A DNA stretch of 64,000 bases from Octopus vulgaris (lineage: Eukaryota): positions 39,246,001 to 39,310,000 of the forward strand of contig OX597835.1 of assembly GCA_951406725.2 (NCBI GenBank), read 5' to 3'. The notes beneath the pieces are model-generated. The model worked only from the letters and a program-made list of their open reading frames with translations. It did no database searches and was not told the origin of the DNA. Positions 1 through 13,734 of the stretch are shown here, one piece after another (within the stretch, counting starts at the first letter, position 1; each line of letters begins with the position of its first letter). A program made the position numbers and the translations under genes.

Positions 1-146
1 TCGTATTTGATGAGTCTAAATTGAATGATGTTCTCCAACAGGAAATTGGAAAATGTCAATCTTCTGAATAAGGAAATGAAGACATATTAGATGGGTTAAG
101 ATCCATAGACACACAAGTACACACAGCACACATTTACACAGACACA

Positions 147-180
<34 letters not shown>

Positions 181-339
181 CACACATATATACCTACTTA
201 CGCACAAACACACGCACATGCATACATAAACACCTGTGCGCGCTGGCACACAAGAAGTACGCATGCGCCCACACATACACAAACGATTCCCGGATTTGAA
301 CCAGAATTTCAATAGCAAATGATTAAAGATTATGTATCA

Positions 340-1660
340 CAGGTTGACATTTATAAACTGTGTTTATCCATTCATTCAATATCTACACACTTCGTCTATC
401 TATCCAGTCAACATCTACACACTGTGTCTATAAATCCACTCTACATCTACACATTGTGTCCATCTATCCTGTCAACATCTATACACTCTATCTACATGAG
501 GTGAAAATCTATACCCTCTGTCGATCTATCCAGTCAGCATCTACACGCTGTCTTTCTATCTAGTCAACATCTACACACTGCATCAATCTTGTCAACATCT
601 ACACTCTACGTCTATCTATCCAGGCAAAATCTACACAATATGGCTATCTATCCAGTTAACAACTACGTGCTGTGTCAATATTTCTATCTTTCCAGTCAAC
701 ATCTACACCACACAGTGTCAATATTTCCAGTCTATCTTTCCTGTCAATATCTACACACTGTGTCTATGTTTCCAGTCAATATCTACACACTGTGTCAATA
801 TTTCCTGTCAATATCTACACAAAGTGTCAATATTTCCAGTCAATATCTACACACTGTGTCAATATTTCCAGTCAATATCTACACACTATGTCAATATTTC
901 CAGTCAATATCTACACACTGTGTCAATATTTCCAGTCAATATCTACACACTATGTCAATATTTCCAGTCAATATCTACACACTGTGTCTATCTTTCCTAT
1001 CAATATTTACACACAGTGTCAATATTCCTAGTCAATATCTATACACTGTGTCAATATTTCCTGTCAATATCTACACAAAGTGTCAATATTTCCAGTCAAT
1101 ATCTACACACTGTGTCAATATTTCCAGTCAATATCTACACACTATGTCAATATTTCCAGTCAATATCTACACACTGTGTCAATATTTCCAGTCAATATCT
1201 ACACACTATGTCAATATTTCCAGTCAATATCTACACACTGTGTCTATCTTTCCTGCCAATATCTACACACTGTGTCTATCTTTCCTATCAATATTTACAC
1301 ACAGTGTCAATATTTCTAGTCAATATCTACACACTGTGTCAATATTTCCAGTCAATATCTACACACAGTGTCTATCTTTCCTGCCAATATCTACACACAG
1401 TGTCTATGTTTCCAGTCAATATCTACACACTGTCAATATTTTCAGTCAATATCTACACACTGTGTCTATCTACACTCATAACATTTGCATTCTCTGTCTA
1501 TCAGTCCTGTCAGCGTCTACATACTGCGTCTATTTAACCAGTCAACATCAAGATATTGTGTGTGTATCTATCCAATCAAAATCTACACACTGTATCTATT
1601 TATGCAGTCACCATCTGTACTGTGAGTATATCAGCTCATCTACACTCTGCGTCTGTAACT
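340..1660 (+). repeat. Minisatellite, 32-bp unit CCAGTCAATATCTACACACTGTGTCAATATTT; homogeneous core about 700-1470 with degenerate edges
   Basis: Direct tandem repetition. It explains the 389-aa and 237-aa repetitive ORFs (VNISSQYLHTVSIFPVNIYTLCQYFQSISTH). Confidence 0.95.
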
Positions 1661-1859
1661 CTAGTCAACATGTTCTGTGCAAACACACACACATACACAC
1701 ACAAACACACTCAAACACACAAACATACGTTGTTGACATAATTCTGTTAGGGAAATAACTCATGTTAAATTGTAGATATACTACCACAAAAATTACAGTG
1801 AAACGTATTAATGCCTATACATACATACATACATGCATACATACATACATACTACATAA

Positions 1860-1961
<102 letters not shown>

Positions 1962-2082
1962 GCACAGGTGCGGTTGTGTGGCAAGAAACTTACTTCCCAA
2001 CCACATCGTTGCGGGTCTAGTCCCCTTGCGTGGCTCCTTGGGCAAGTGATTTTACTAGACGGTAACTGAAAGAACCCCGTCG

Positions 2083-2139
<57 letters not shown>

Positions 2140-2548
2140 TTTCAGCAAAAACAATTAAGATTCAAGTGAATTTCAATGAATTCAAATGAATATGGTACTT
2201 AACTTAGATGCACCAGAATTGTTTATGGTATTAACCATAAAAAATGTGGGGCGATTATAACCAAGAAAAAAGCAACAAGAATGGATTAGTAGTTTGGTAC
2301 AATTGTTTCATACTAAGAACAATTTTATTTAAAGCTGCAAGTATTGCAGCAAATACAAATGTCCAGTATTCATCAGCTAAATCACATATATGTTTTCCAG
2401 ACATCCTAGAGAGTGTGTCTATCCTCATGAAGTATTAGGAGTGAGTTCTATGAAATTTAGCTAGAGAATTGAACCATTTTAATACTTCATCAGTATTTAG
2501 CCAAAGAGTCCGCCTCCGAACCCACTCCTGGAAAATTTCGAAAAAGAT

Positions 2549-3084
2549 TTGCTGGACCTTATAGAGGATATTAAATTCAAGGAACATCCGTTGAGATATA
2601 ATCCTCACCTTAAACATCTCAGGAATTTTATTTATTCAACTCGGAATAAGCAAGGAATCTTAGTGCCAGCGGATAAAACTGGTAATCTTTATAGATTAGA
2701 TTACACACTTTATAGTAGACTAATTAAGAAAGAGCTCAACTCTAAATATAAAATAACAACCAGGAATAATTTGAAGGAAATAAATCTGGAAATGAAAAGA
2801 ATCATAGAGAAGTACAATTTATCGGATAGAACAGAGCCTCTTAAACCGTGTGAACCTAAAATCAACCTTAAGGTTGATTTTACTACAAAAGAAATTTCTT
2901 GGAAAACCCTTCGGTAAGGCTTATTTGTCCAACTAAGTTAGACCTTGGTCGACTTAGTAAATCTATCTTGGATACTGTTCTACCCCAAATAACCCCGATC
3001 CTTCCCTTAAGTCTTTGGCTAAATACTGATGAAGTATTAAAATGGTTCAATTCTCTAGCTAGATTTCATAGAACTCACTCCTAA
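2549..3084 (+). pseudogene. Frameshifted N-terminal fragment of a PLE reverse transcriptase ORF
   Basis: ORFs 2549-2917 and 2899-3084 join across a frameshift. PADKT, RLIxPxKxxxGxxSKxILD and WxNTxxVxxWF motifs present. Confidence 0.8.
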
Positions 3085-3135
3085 TACTTCATGAGGATAG
3101 ACACACTCTCTAGGATGTCTGGAAAACATATGTGA

Positions 3136-3224
3136 TTTAGCTGATGAATACTGGACATTTGTATTTGCTGCAATACTTGCAGCTTTAAATAAAATTGTTC
3201 TTAGTATGAAACAATTGTACTAAA
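3136..3224 (+). ncRNA. Minimal type I hammerhead ribozyme (mirror copy on - strand at 2293-2381)
   Basis: tttag CTGATGA atact...agtat GAAAC aatt GTA ctaaa: stems I and II pair, and stem III is the palindrome ACAATTGT. Confidence 0.85.
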
Positions 3225-3324
3225 CTACTAATCCATTCTTGTTGCTTTTTTCTTGGTTATCTCCCAGTACTGTTTTATATATAATTATGACGCGAAATTC
3301 TTTCTCTCTTTGCTTTACCTTCCC

Positions 3325-3356
<32 letters not shown>

Positions 3357-4291
3357 TCCTCATCTCTCTCTCAGCCGCTTGTCTTCCTCTATCTCTCTCT
3401 CTCTCACTCCTCCTCATCTTTGCCACTTCCTTTTACACGCGGCTTTCAAACTATAAAGACACACATTTGTGTTCTCATGCGCTGCTAGAATCTCCTTCGT
3501 CTCAGCCAGAAAAAAAGGCCTTTTCGTTTGTTTTCTTGTTTGTTTTCTTGTTTATTTTTATTTTTATTTCTCGTATTCTATTTTCTTTTTATTTCTCGTA
3601 TTGTATTTTCTTGTACATGGATTTTTATCTTGTATTTTATTTTGTAGTTTTATTTGTATCGTTTTTACGTCCTGTTTGTGATACATTTTTCTTGCTTGTT
3701 TTTACCCCTCTGCGAGGCAATTTTATTTTAATTCTCTCGCAGGAAGGACTAGTTTAGTGAGTCGTGTCCTGTCTTGCCTTCGAAACACGCTGGAGCCGAA
3801 CTAGTGACAGCTGATGATAGGGGATTTTTCCTTGTGTAGTATGTCCTGTACTTGTTTTTTCTGTTGTAAAAAAATGTTTTTTCCGTTTTCGTTTCTCGTT
3901 GAGTTCTACGTCTAGTTGTGGTGTCCTGTACTCAAGTGTATATATATTTATATATGCATGTATATATACATGTAGATGTAGGTACGTACATATATGTTTG
4001 TATGTATGCATATATTTTATTTATTACACCATATATATATATATATATATATATATAGGGGGGTCTGTCTATGTCTGTGCTTGTCCCTCACTAGCACATG
4101 GCAACTGGCATTGGTATATTTACGTCCCCGTAACCTAGTGGTTCGGCAAAATCGACCGATAGAATAAGTGCTAGGCTTAAAAACAGTAAGTATTGGTATC
4201 AATTCATTCGACTAACAATTCTCCAGAACGGTGCCCAAGCATGGCCTCAGTCAAATACATTCAACAGTATGTGCACCAAGCAGAGATTAGG

Positions 4292-4456
4292 CATACGCGA
4301 ACTTTTTAGTTAGTTAAAATATATCTGTGACATTTCAATTTGTAAAGGCAAATTCACTGCAGTTATCGTGGTCCACGGAAACTGCAGTGAATTTGCCTTT
4401 GGAAGTTAATATATATATATCGCAAATATATTTTTAACTAACCAAATGTTCGAGTA
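4292..4456. repeat. About 165-bp fold-back palindrome (MITE-like)
   Basis: Perfect inner arms aaaggcaaattcactgcagtt / aactgcagtgaatttgccttt, plus imperfect outer arms (cgaac..ttagttaaaa / ttttaactaa..gttcg). Confidence 0.7.
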
Positions 4457-4882
4457 TATATATATTTATGCGAATGAGGAGTCCAACGTAGGTTTTATAT
4501 CAGCAGAAGGGATATATAAAATATCCAAGAAACAGCTGTAAGACCTTCTACTTATAAAGGTTCTGAAATCTTTAACAGCCTTGGATTTTTATCTCATTCT
4601 GCTAATTACTATACATATATACTAGCTTAAGGGAAGGAAGGAAAGAGAGAGATCGAGGAAGACAGGGTGATATCCGAAAGTGAGAAACGACAAACACTTG
4701 TCAAAGTCGGGGTTGTGTTGCCCTAGTAACAACAGCTTTTGAGATAGGAGTTTCTAACCTAGTCCAGTCGCTTCCTCGCCTCTTTTTACATGTCCCTCTA
4801 AATTTTGGAGCCAATCCTACCCCATCTAACGGCCCTTAAACCGTTCCCATCCCAAAATGAGACAAATTTTTTGCATTTCAGC

Positions 4883-4940
<58 letters not shown>

Positions 4941-4944
4941 ACAA

Positions 4945-5120
4945 TGCTTAGTCTCATTTCGTCTGTCTTTACGTTCTGGGGTTCAAATACCGCCGGGGTT
5001 GACTTTGCTTTTCGTCCCGTTAGATGTCAATAAAATAAGCACCAGTTGAGTACTGGGGGTCAATCTAATTGACTAAGCCCCTCACCTGAAATTGCTGGTC
5101 TTGTGCCAAACTTAGAAGCT
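4945..5120 (+). mobile_element. Diverged SINE family B copy
   Basis: cgttctggggttcaaataccgccggggttgactttgcttttcgtcc...taaaataagcaccagt matches family B. Confidence 0.75.
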
Positions 5121-5432
5121 AATATACATTGTAATCCCTCGCCATATCGCGCACTGAGTACATCGCGCTTCACCTGTCACGCACTCAGTACCTCTCGGAC
5201 TTTTCTCGCTAATATATGTAAATTTATATCGCGGGTGTCTGCGGCCGATAGGAATCTATATTCTTTTTAGATTTTAAATATTTCTGTGAATAAGCATTTT
5301 CACACCTGAAAATTAATAAATTAATAAAAATAGAGTACTGCACTGAATAACACATTTATAAAAAATATATTAAAAGAAAATACGTAGTGTGAAAATAAAC
5401 GTACTCAACTTGATTTATGTCAAATAAAATAT

Positions 5433-5762
5433 AGGAGATGTACTTGCATAGCAAGTGATTTGATCTGAGATCGTGTGCTGAAACGAAAACACTTGCAGCG
5501 TGGAAGGTGTTTGTAAGCCATTTAAGAAACACACAAAAGCCGTTCGATTCACTTCAACATTTAAGTTTAATTTGTCAAAATATTTTCGTCGCTTTAAGAC
5601 CGCGACCTGTTCACTGACAAAAATCCGTGCTGCATCTTTTTGTCAGTGAACAGGTCGCGGTCTTAAAGCGACGAAAATATTTTGACAAATTAAACTTAAA
5701 TGTTGAAGTGAATCGAACGGCTTGTGTGTGTTTCTTAAATGGCTTACAAACACCTTCCACGC
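5433..5762. mobile_element. PLE-like fold-back: about 125-bp near-perfect inverted arms (5498-5622 / 5636-5762), each with a variant HHR
   Basis: Arms are reverse complements with a loop of about 13 nt. HHR-like fold in each arm. Confidence 0.8.
5639..5689 (+). ncRNA. Variant hammerhead ribozyme with G3:C8 swap (mirror copy on - strand at 5571-5621)
   Basis: tttgtca GTGAACA g gtcgc ggtcttaaa gcgac GAAA a ta t TT tgacaaa: 7-bp stem I, 5-bp stem II, palindromic stem III. Confidence 0.65.
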
Positions 5763-6036
5763 GGCAAATAAAATATAATATTTTGAAAAATTTTTGCACA
5801 CTTGCCATGGAAACAGTAGGTCAATGGTAAAATTTGCAAGTAAGTTGTGGCATTGAGATCTCCATAACCCATTGTGAGATTTTACTCAAATTTGTTTTAA
5901 ATGAAAGATCTTAGTTAGGTCTGTGAAGTGTCATTAAAGTTATATACTGACTTAGGATAGGGATTAGATTGCTAGTATTCTAACCCTAACAGCTTCTTGT
6001 AAGAAAGTCCACTTAATGTAGAACGCATAACCCATA

Positions 6037-6443
6037 GGCGCAGGAGTGGCTGTGTGGTAAGTAGCTTACTTACCAACCTCATGGTTCCGGGCTCAGTCCC
6101 ACTGCGTGGTATCTTGGGCAAATGTCTTCTACTATAGCTTCGGGCCAACCAAAGCCTTGCGAGTGAATCTGGTAGACGGAAACCGAAAGAAGCCCGTCGT
6201 ATATATGTATATATGTATGTATGTGTGTATATGTTTCTGTGTTTGTCCCCCCAGTATCGCTTGACAACCGATGCTGGTGTGTTTACGTCCCCGTAACTTA
6301 GCGGTTCGGCAAAAGAGACCGATAGAATAAGTACTAGGCTTCCAAAGAATAAGTCTTGGGGTCGATTTGCTCGACTAAAGGCGGTGCTCCAGCATGGCCG
6401 CAGTCAAACGACTGAAACAAGTAAAGGAGAGTAAAAGAGTAAA
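6037..6443 (+). mobile_element. Full-length tRNA-derived SINE family A (CORE-like box, internal microsatellite, (GTAAAAGA)n tail)
   Basis: A box tggctgtgtgg, B-box-like gggctcagtccc (gggttcagtccc in other copies), cttgggcaa segment, and tail ggcggtgctccagcatggccgcagtc. About 30 copies in the window. Confidence 0.92.
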
Positions 6444-6680
6444 GTGTGTACCGCAGATGAGGGATCAAAGAATCGCACATACTGTGTGGAAAACGAAATT
6501 CGGGGAGCGGGTGTGTGGTATTGTTTTGTATTTATAATAAAATAAATATATACAAATTATAATAATGATAAAAAAATATATACAGTACTGCTTCTACTTC
6601 GCGGAGTTTCACTTATCGCGGGAGGTTTTGGAACGTAACACACGCGATAGTCGAGGAATTACTGTATGTATACTTGCATA

Positions 6681-7193
<513 letters not shown>

Positions 7194-7889
7194 ATATTTC
7201 TTTCCTCCTACTCTTTCTCTTTCCCCCTTGCTCTCGCATTCTCTCAAATACACAAACAAACACACACACACACAACACACTTTCATCTTCCAACGCCATT
7301 ACTGTTCTCTTTAATGCTACCGAACAGAGGATAGATGCTACCAGGATTTGGTTCATTTATACTCACAGCATGACAAACTTTCAATCACATTCGTTTCGCC
7401 CACTGCATCAAACTAGCTGCACCTCTAACTACTACAGCTGCACCCATTGCACCGAGCTAGGTGCAGCTATAACAACTACAGCCATTAATTCTTGTTTCAC
7501 TACTTCCTGACAATTAGTTCCTTCCCCTCGTTTTTGTTCTTCGAAACCCGGACCTTCTTTCGCATGAATCATTTCTCAGCTTCTAATTCACAAATCGCTG
7601 CTCCACTTGCCTTCCTTAATCCAATCCTGTTGTTTATCTATCTTAATCCAATCCCAAACAGATAGAACATCACGGATCTATAAACCTACGTCATCCTAAT
7701 ATACGGTACACTGCCATGATTGTGTATCACACTGACACTTTATGTTCAGGGTTCGAATCCTGTTAAAGCCAGCTTTTTTGCTTTTCGTCCTTTTACGCTT
7801 GATAAAATAAAACATCAGTCAAGTACTGCAGCTGATTTAACCAATATAAACACTCTTAGGAAATTCAATCTTTGTGCTTGAATAGGAAG

Positions 7890-7899
7890 AAGCTCGTCG

Positions 7900-7946
<47 letters not shown>

Positions 7947-7964
7947 ACACACACACATATACAT

Positions 7965-8031
<67 letters not shown>

Positions 8032-8072
8032 TGTATGTATGTATGTGTGTATGTATGTATTTGTGTGTGTGT

Positions 8073-8127
<55 letters not shown>

Positions 8128-8325
8128 CGCCATCGCTTGACAGCTGATGATGGTGTGTTTATGTCCCCGTAACCTGGCGGTTCAGCAAAAGAGACCGATA
8201 GAATAAGTACTAGGCTTACAAAGAACAAGTCCTGTGAGTCGATTTCTTCGACTAAACACTCTTTAAGGTGGTGCTCCAGCGTGGCCGCAGTCAAATGACG
8301 GAAACAAATAAAAGAATAAAAGAAT
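7890..8325 (+). mobile_element. SINE family A, 5' truncated
   Basis: Internal microsatellite plus 3' half and tail. Confidence 0.85.
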
Positions 8326-8429
8326 GAGAAAAAATATTCTAAACTTTTTTTTTTCCTTATTTACTGTAGTGTCTTGCTGAAAGATGAGGCTTTTAGCAAC
8401 GGTTTCAAATTTTGGCACAAGGCCAGCAA

Positions 8430-8570
8430 TTTCATTGATCTCAATGCAGTTATTTTATCGACTTCGAAATGACGAAAGGCAAACTGGACCGCAGCGGAAT
8501 TTGAACCCAGAACGTAAAGACAGACGAAACGATGCCAAGCATTTTGCTAATGGTTCTACCAGCTCGGCGC
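8430..8570 (-). mobile_element. SINE family B, diverged
   Basis: gaaaggcaaactggaccgcagcggaatttgaacccagaacgtaaagacagacgaaa. Confidence 0.75.
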
Positions 8571-8709
8571 CAGTTGCAGTCTGCAAAACTTGGTAAGCAA
8601 CAGAAATGACAAGAGTGAATAAAGAAGTCTGTGCCATGGACTATTTCTTGGACTTGTGTCGAGACTGATTTAAGATGTTTTTTTTTGCTTTGTGTGTAAT
8701 TGAATTAGA

Positions 8710-8852
8710 CACACACACACACACACACACACATACACACACATACACACATATGTAAAATTCACTCCAATTTGTGTGTGTATGTGTGCGTGTGTTTGCA
8801 CATGTTTATACCGTTCCTCATGTGTGTATGTGTGTACCAGTGTGTGTATTTG

Positions 8853-8903
<51 letters not shown>

Positions 8904-9649
8904 GTGTCTGCCTGTTTGTGTGTGTATCTGTGTATGTGTGTGCTTTTGTGTGCGTGTCTGTGTGCGTATGTATATATGTGTGTATTTGCACGTGTCTGTA
9001 TTGTTCGTGTGAGTGTATGTGTATGTTTCCCCATATTTGTGTTGTTCGTGCCTCTGTGTGTGTATGTGTGTGTCTTTGTCTTTGTCTATGTGTGTGAGCG
9101 TGTATCTGTGTATATGTGTGTTTTGTGTTTGTGTGTGTGTGTGCATGTGCGTGTGTGTCTGTATGTATGTGTATTTGTGTGCATGTATGTTCATGTGTCT
9201 CTCGATACATGTGTGTGCGTTTGTGTATGTGATTTTGCGTGTGTTCGTGTGTGTTGGTATGTGTGTATGTCTTTGTAAGAGTATGTGTGTCTTTGTCTGC
9301 CTATGTGGATGTGTGCGTATGTGGATGTGTGTGCATGTGTGTATGTGTTTGTGTTCTGTGTATGTATGAATGCGTGACTTGTGTGTGTATGAATGCGTGA
9401 CTGTGTGTGTGTGCATGTGTGTGTGTGTTTGTGTATGTGTATGTATGAATGCATGACTCTGTGTGTGTGTGTGTGTGCATATGTGTGTGTGTGTGTGAAT
9501 GTATGAATGCGTGACTGTGTGTGTGTGCATGTGTGTGAATGTATGAATGCGTGACTGTGTGTGTGTGTGTGTGTGCATGTGTGTGTGTTTGTATGTGCAT
9601 GTATGTATGAATGCGTGACTCTGTGTGTGTGTGTGTGTATGAATGCGTG

Positions 9650-9684
<35 letters not shown>

Positions 9685-9712
9685 CTCTGTGTGTGCATGT
9701 GTATGTGTGCGT
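8710..9712. repeat. Compound (TG)n-rich tract with a gtatgaatgcgtgactgtg sub-repeat
   Basis: Direct inspection. Source of the 365-aa His/Thr ORF. Confidence 0.9.
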
Positions 9713-10239
9713 AATTATGTATTTGTCTTTTCCGAATTAAAAAAAAAACCCACACAGTCATCCGCAACGTTTATTACACAGCCAACAGTGAAGTAAATCA
9801 TATCAGATGTGAAGTCATCCATATATTCCACAGCAGTCATTGTTCGACAAGAAATAAACAAAATCTTAGACATTCGAATTAAATGTCAGGTTTGTAATTA
9901 TCAATTTTTATGTGGATTGTCATTAATTCTTGATAATTGAAAAATATAAATATTTCACTGTTACAATTAATTGCGTAAAGTAATTAGAGAGTTAGGCAAT
10001 ATTTCCTTGTCTTAAAAGCACAGTTTCCGATGTTGCCATTGTTGTTGTTGTTGTTATTGTTGTTGTTGTTCTTGTTGTTGTTGATAATGTAATAATAAAG
10101 ATGTTGAAGTCAGTTAATTGTTGATAGTTAATTGATTTCACAGGGTGATTTAATTTTAGGAATGGTGGTGGGTGCGGGTGGCAGAGGTGGCAATGGGGTG
10201 AAGGGCAGGGTGTTTTGGGTTTCTTGTCTCTTATTTCAT

Positions 10240-11022
10240 ATCTTTTACTTGTTTCATATCTTTTACTTGTTTCAATTCATCAAACTGCGGCCATGCTGGA
10301 GGCACCGACTCGAAGAATTTTCTTTCTATTTTTCTTTTTTTTTTTGTCGAATAAATTGACTCCCGGTACTAAAATTTTTCTTTGGTTTTCTTTTCAGGCA
10401 TGGTACTAATTCTATCGAACTCTTTAAATCGAACCGCTATGTTACGGGGACGTAAACGTACAAACACCGGTTGTCAGGCGATGGCGGGGGACAGACAATG
10501 ACATGAAACATACGCAGATACATACATACGTACGTACGTACATGCATACATACGTACGTACATACATATACATACATATATACATACATAAATACATACA
10601 TACGCACATGTATACATACACACATACATGCACACATACATACACATATGCATGCATACATACATACGTACATACATATACATATATACATACATACATA
10701 AATACATACATATACATACCTACATACATACATATACACATACATACATACATACATAAACACATACATATACATACGTACATACATATATATATACACA
10801 GACTACGTACATACGAACATACATACATATATAGATGCACACACACATACACGTATGCATGCATACATAAATACATACAAACATACGTACATATGATGAC
10901 CGTCTTTCGGTTTGCGTCTACAAAGTCCAAGAAAACACTTGCCCAAGGTGCCACGCACTGGGACTGAACCCGGAAGCATGCAGTTCGGAAAAAGCTTCTT
11001 ACCACACAGCCACGCTTGTGCC
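10240..11022 (-). mobile_element. SINE family A with about 400-bp expanded internal (TACA)n region
   Basis: Tail at 10240-10500 and head at 10895-11022 are collinear. Confidence 0.8.
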
Positions 11023-11108
11023 TATGTTTACTTCCTTAAATTAAGGTGCGTAGATGTAGATAATACAAAGAGATGCGGTGTATGTATGCCAATATATATA
11101 TATACGTA

Positions 11109-11273
11109 GGCGTAGGAGTGGATGTGTGGTAAGTAGCTTGCTTGCGAACCACATCGTTCCGGGTTCAGTCCCACTGCGTGGCACCTTGGGCAAGTGCCTT
11201 CTACCGGAGCCTCGGGCCGCCCAAAGGCTTGTGAGTTGATTTGGTAGACGGAAACTGAAAGAAGCCTGTCGTA

Positions 11274-11317
<44 letters not shown>

Positions 11318-11485
11318 CATATGTGGGTGTGTATATGTTTGTGTGTCTGTGTTTGTCCCCCACCCCCCAACATCGCTTGACAACCGATGCTGGTGTGTTT
11401 GCGTCACCGTAACTTAGCGGTTCGTCAAAAAGAGACCGATAGAATAAGTACTAGGCTTGCAAAGAATAAGTCCTGGGGTCGATTT
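11109..11485 (+). mobile_element. SINE family A, 3' end missing
   Basis: Head, internal microsatellite and most of the 3' half present. Confidence 0.9.
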
Positions 11486-11504
11486 GTAAAAGTGAATATA
11501 TATA

Positions 11505-11538
<34 letters not shown>

Positions 11539-11560
11539 AATATATATATATCCATGTACG

Positions 11561-11597
<37 letters not shown>

Positions 11598-12029
11598 TTA
11601 TATATGTGTATGTGTGTGTATACATACATGCACACACTTATGACGAATAATATATATATATATAAATATGCATTAGGCATAATCTGGTTCGATTTGTCAA
11701 TGTAATTTTCTATCGAAGTAAAGGCGTCTAACTGTATATGTACTGTGTGTATGTATATCTCTCTCTATCTCTCTATCTCTCTATCACTCTCTCACTATAT
11801 ATAAACACACACACACAAGCATGCACACACACACACACACACACAAGCGCGCACATACATGTCTGATTCTGTGTGTACATGTGTCTTTATGTGTGTGTGT
11901 GTGTGTGCGTGTGTGTCTTTATGTGTGTGTGTGTATGTGTGTGTGTGTGTGTGTGTGCAGAGGGGGAAAAGAAACATGCATACACATGTTTCTATTCATA
12001 TATCTTCCCTCCCTCACTCTCCACTCTCT

Positions 12030-12498
12030 TTCTCCGCTCTCTCTCTCTCCGTTTCTCTCTCTCTCTCTCCGTTTCTCTCTCTCTCCGTTTCTCTCTCTCT
12101 CCGTTTCTCTCTCTCTCCGTTTCTCTCTCTCTCTCCGTTTCTCTCTCTCTCCGTTTCTCTCTCTCTCTCCGTTTCTCTCTCTCTCTCTCCGTTTCTCTCT
12201 CTCTCCCCGTTTCTCTCTCTCTCCGTTTCTCTCTCTCTCCGTTTCTCTCTCTCTCTCTCTCCGTTTCTCTCTCTCTCTCCGTTTCTCTCTCTCTCCGTTT
12301 CTCTCTCTCTCCGTTTCTCTCTCTCTCTCTCCGTTTCTCTCTCTCTCTCCGTTTCTCTCTCTCTCTCCGTTTCTCTCTCTCTCTCCGTTTCTCTCTCTCT
12401 CCGTTTCTCTCTCTCTCCGTTTCTCTCTCTCTCCGTTTCTCTCTTTCTCTCCGTTTCTCTCTCTCTCTCCGTTTCTCTCTCTCTCTCTCTTTCTCTCT
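12030..12498. repeat. Minisatellite of (CT)n interrupted by CCGTTT, unit about 16-22 bp
   Basis: Direct tandem repetition. Explains the ERETER / SLSLRF ORFs. Confidence 0.95.
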
Positions 12499-12600
12499 GC
12501 AAAAAGTATAAGACAAGATGGCGACAATTTGTTCCTCCAAGGACAAACGTATCAACACACACATAGCAAAGTACAGACACACCCCAACATACAAAGATAC

Positions 12601-12636
<36 letters not shown>

Positions 12637-12843
12637 TCAATACCCACCATGCACAGTCAACAATACATACATATGCTAATACAGACACATACACACACGC
12701 ACCAATAGATACATAGTAAGATACAGATACATACACACACACACATACAGAGATACACACATACATACACATACACCAATAAATACATACTAGTAAACAG
12801 ACGCACACATATACATATACATACACATATACATATAGATATA

Positions 12844-12905
<62 letters not shown>

Positions 12906-13006
12906 CACATACACAGTCATATACACACCAATAAATACTTAATAGTATGCACTTACTCATTCGCACATACATGTACACATACACACATCACACATACATG
13001 CGCAGA

Positions 13007-13063
<57 letters not shown>

Positions 13064-13249
13064 ATGTGTGTGTGTGTATATATATATATACAAGCAAGTT
13101 ATGCACATACACACACACACGTACACATGTATGTACACAGAAGCACATAAACATACTCAGACACTCCCTCACACATCCCTGAAAAGAGTAAAGCAGCAAT
13201 GATTTAAACATTAAAATCCAGCCAATAATCATTATCAAACATTTCAATA

Positions 13250-13250
13250 T

Positions 13251-13287
<37 letters not shown>

Positions 13288-13358
13288 AAGAGCTATATAA
13301 CATTAATAGCCACAACAAGGAGAACAACGACCACAAACAGTAACAAAAAAGCAACAGC

Positions 13359-13389
<31 letters not shown>

Positions 13390-13410
13390 AATAATAGTAA
13401 TAATAATAAC

Positions 13411-13464
<54 letters not shown>

Positions 13465-13551
13465 CATATTAATAACAATAACCATAATAATAATAATAAT
13501 AATAATAATAACGATAATAATAATAATAACAATAATGACGATAATAATGAC

Positions 13552-13607
<56 letters not shown>

Positions 13608-13681
13608 TGATAACGATAATAATGATGATGATGATGATGATGATGATAATGATGATGATGATGATGATGATGAATATGAAT

Positions 13682-13734
<53 letters not shown>

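Larger units (their letters stand above)
2139..3260 (+). mobile_element. Penelope-like element relic (Naiad-type RT N-terminus), internally deleted, with about 250-bp inverted arms (2257-2507 / 3012-3260)
   Basis: Spacer encodes ILVPADKTGNLY...LK (frameshift) PSVRLICPTKLDLGRLSKSILD...WLNTDEVLKWF, a PLE pre-RT motif series. Arms are near-perfect reverse complements and each has an HHR. Left end abuts (TA)n. Confidence 0.85.
5127..6664. mobile_element. Non-autonomous pogo/Tigger-like DNA transposon carrying nested insertions
   Basis: TA-flanked imperfect TIRs ca(t)tgtaatccctcgccatatcgcg ... cgcgatagtcgaggaattactg. Contains the 5433-5762 fold-back and a SINE. Confidence 0.7.

Noticed and set aside
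340-1660. CRISPR-like 32-bp repeat
   Set aside because: Units are contiguous with no unique spacers, there are no cas genes, and the context is eukaryotic.
589-1758. 389-aa ORF with Cys/His periodicity, superficially zinc-finger-like
   Set aside because: It is the translation of a 32-bp minisatellite that is open in several frames, with no C2H2 spacing or TGEKP linkers.
3745-3835. GAAAC and CTGATGA close together, suggesting a hammerhead
   Set aside because: I could not build consistent stems II and III in any permutation.
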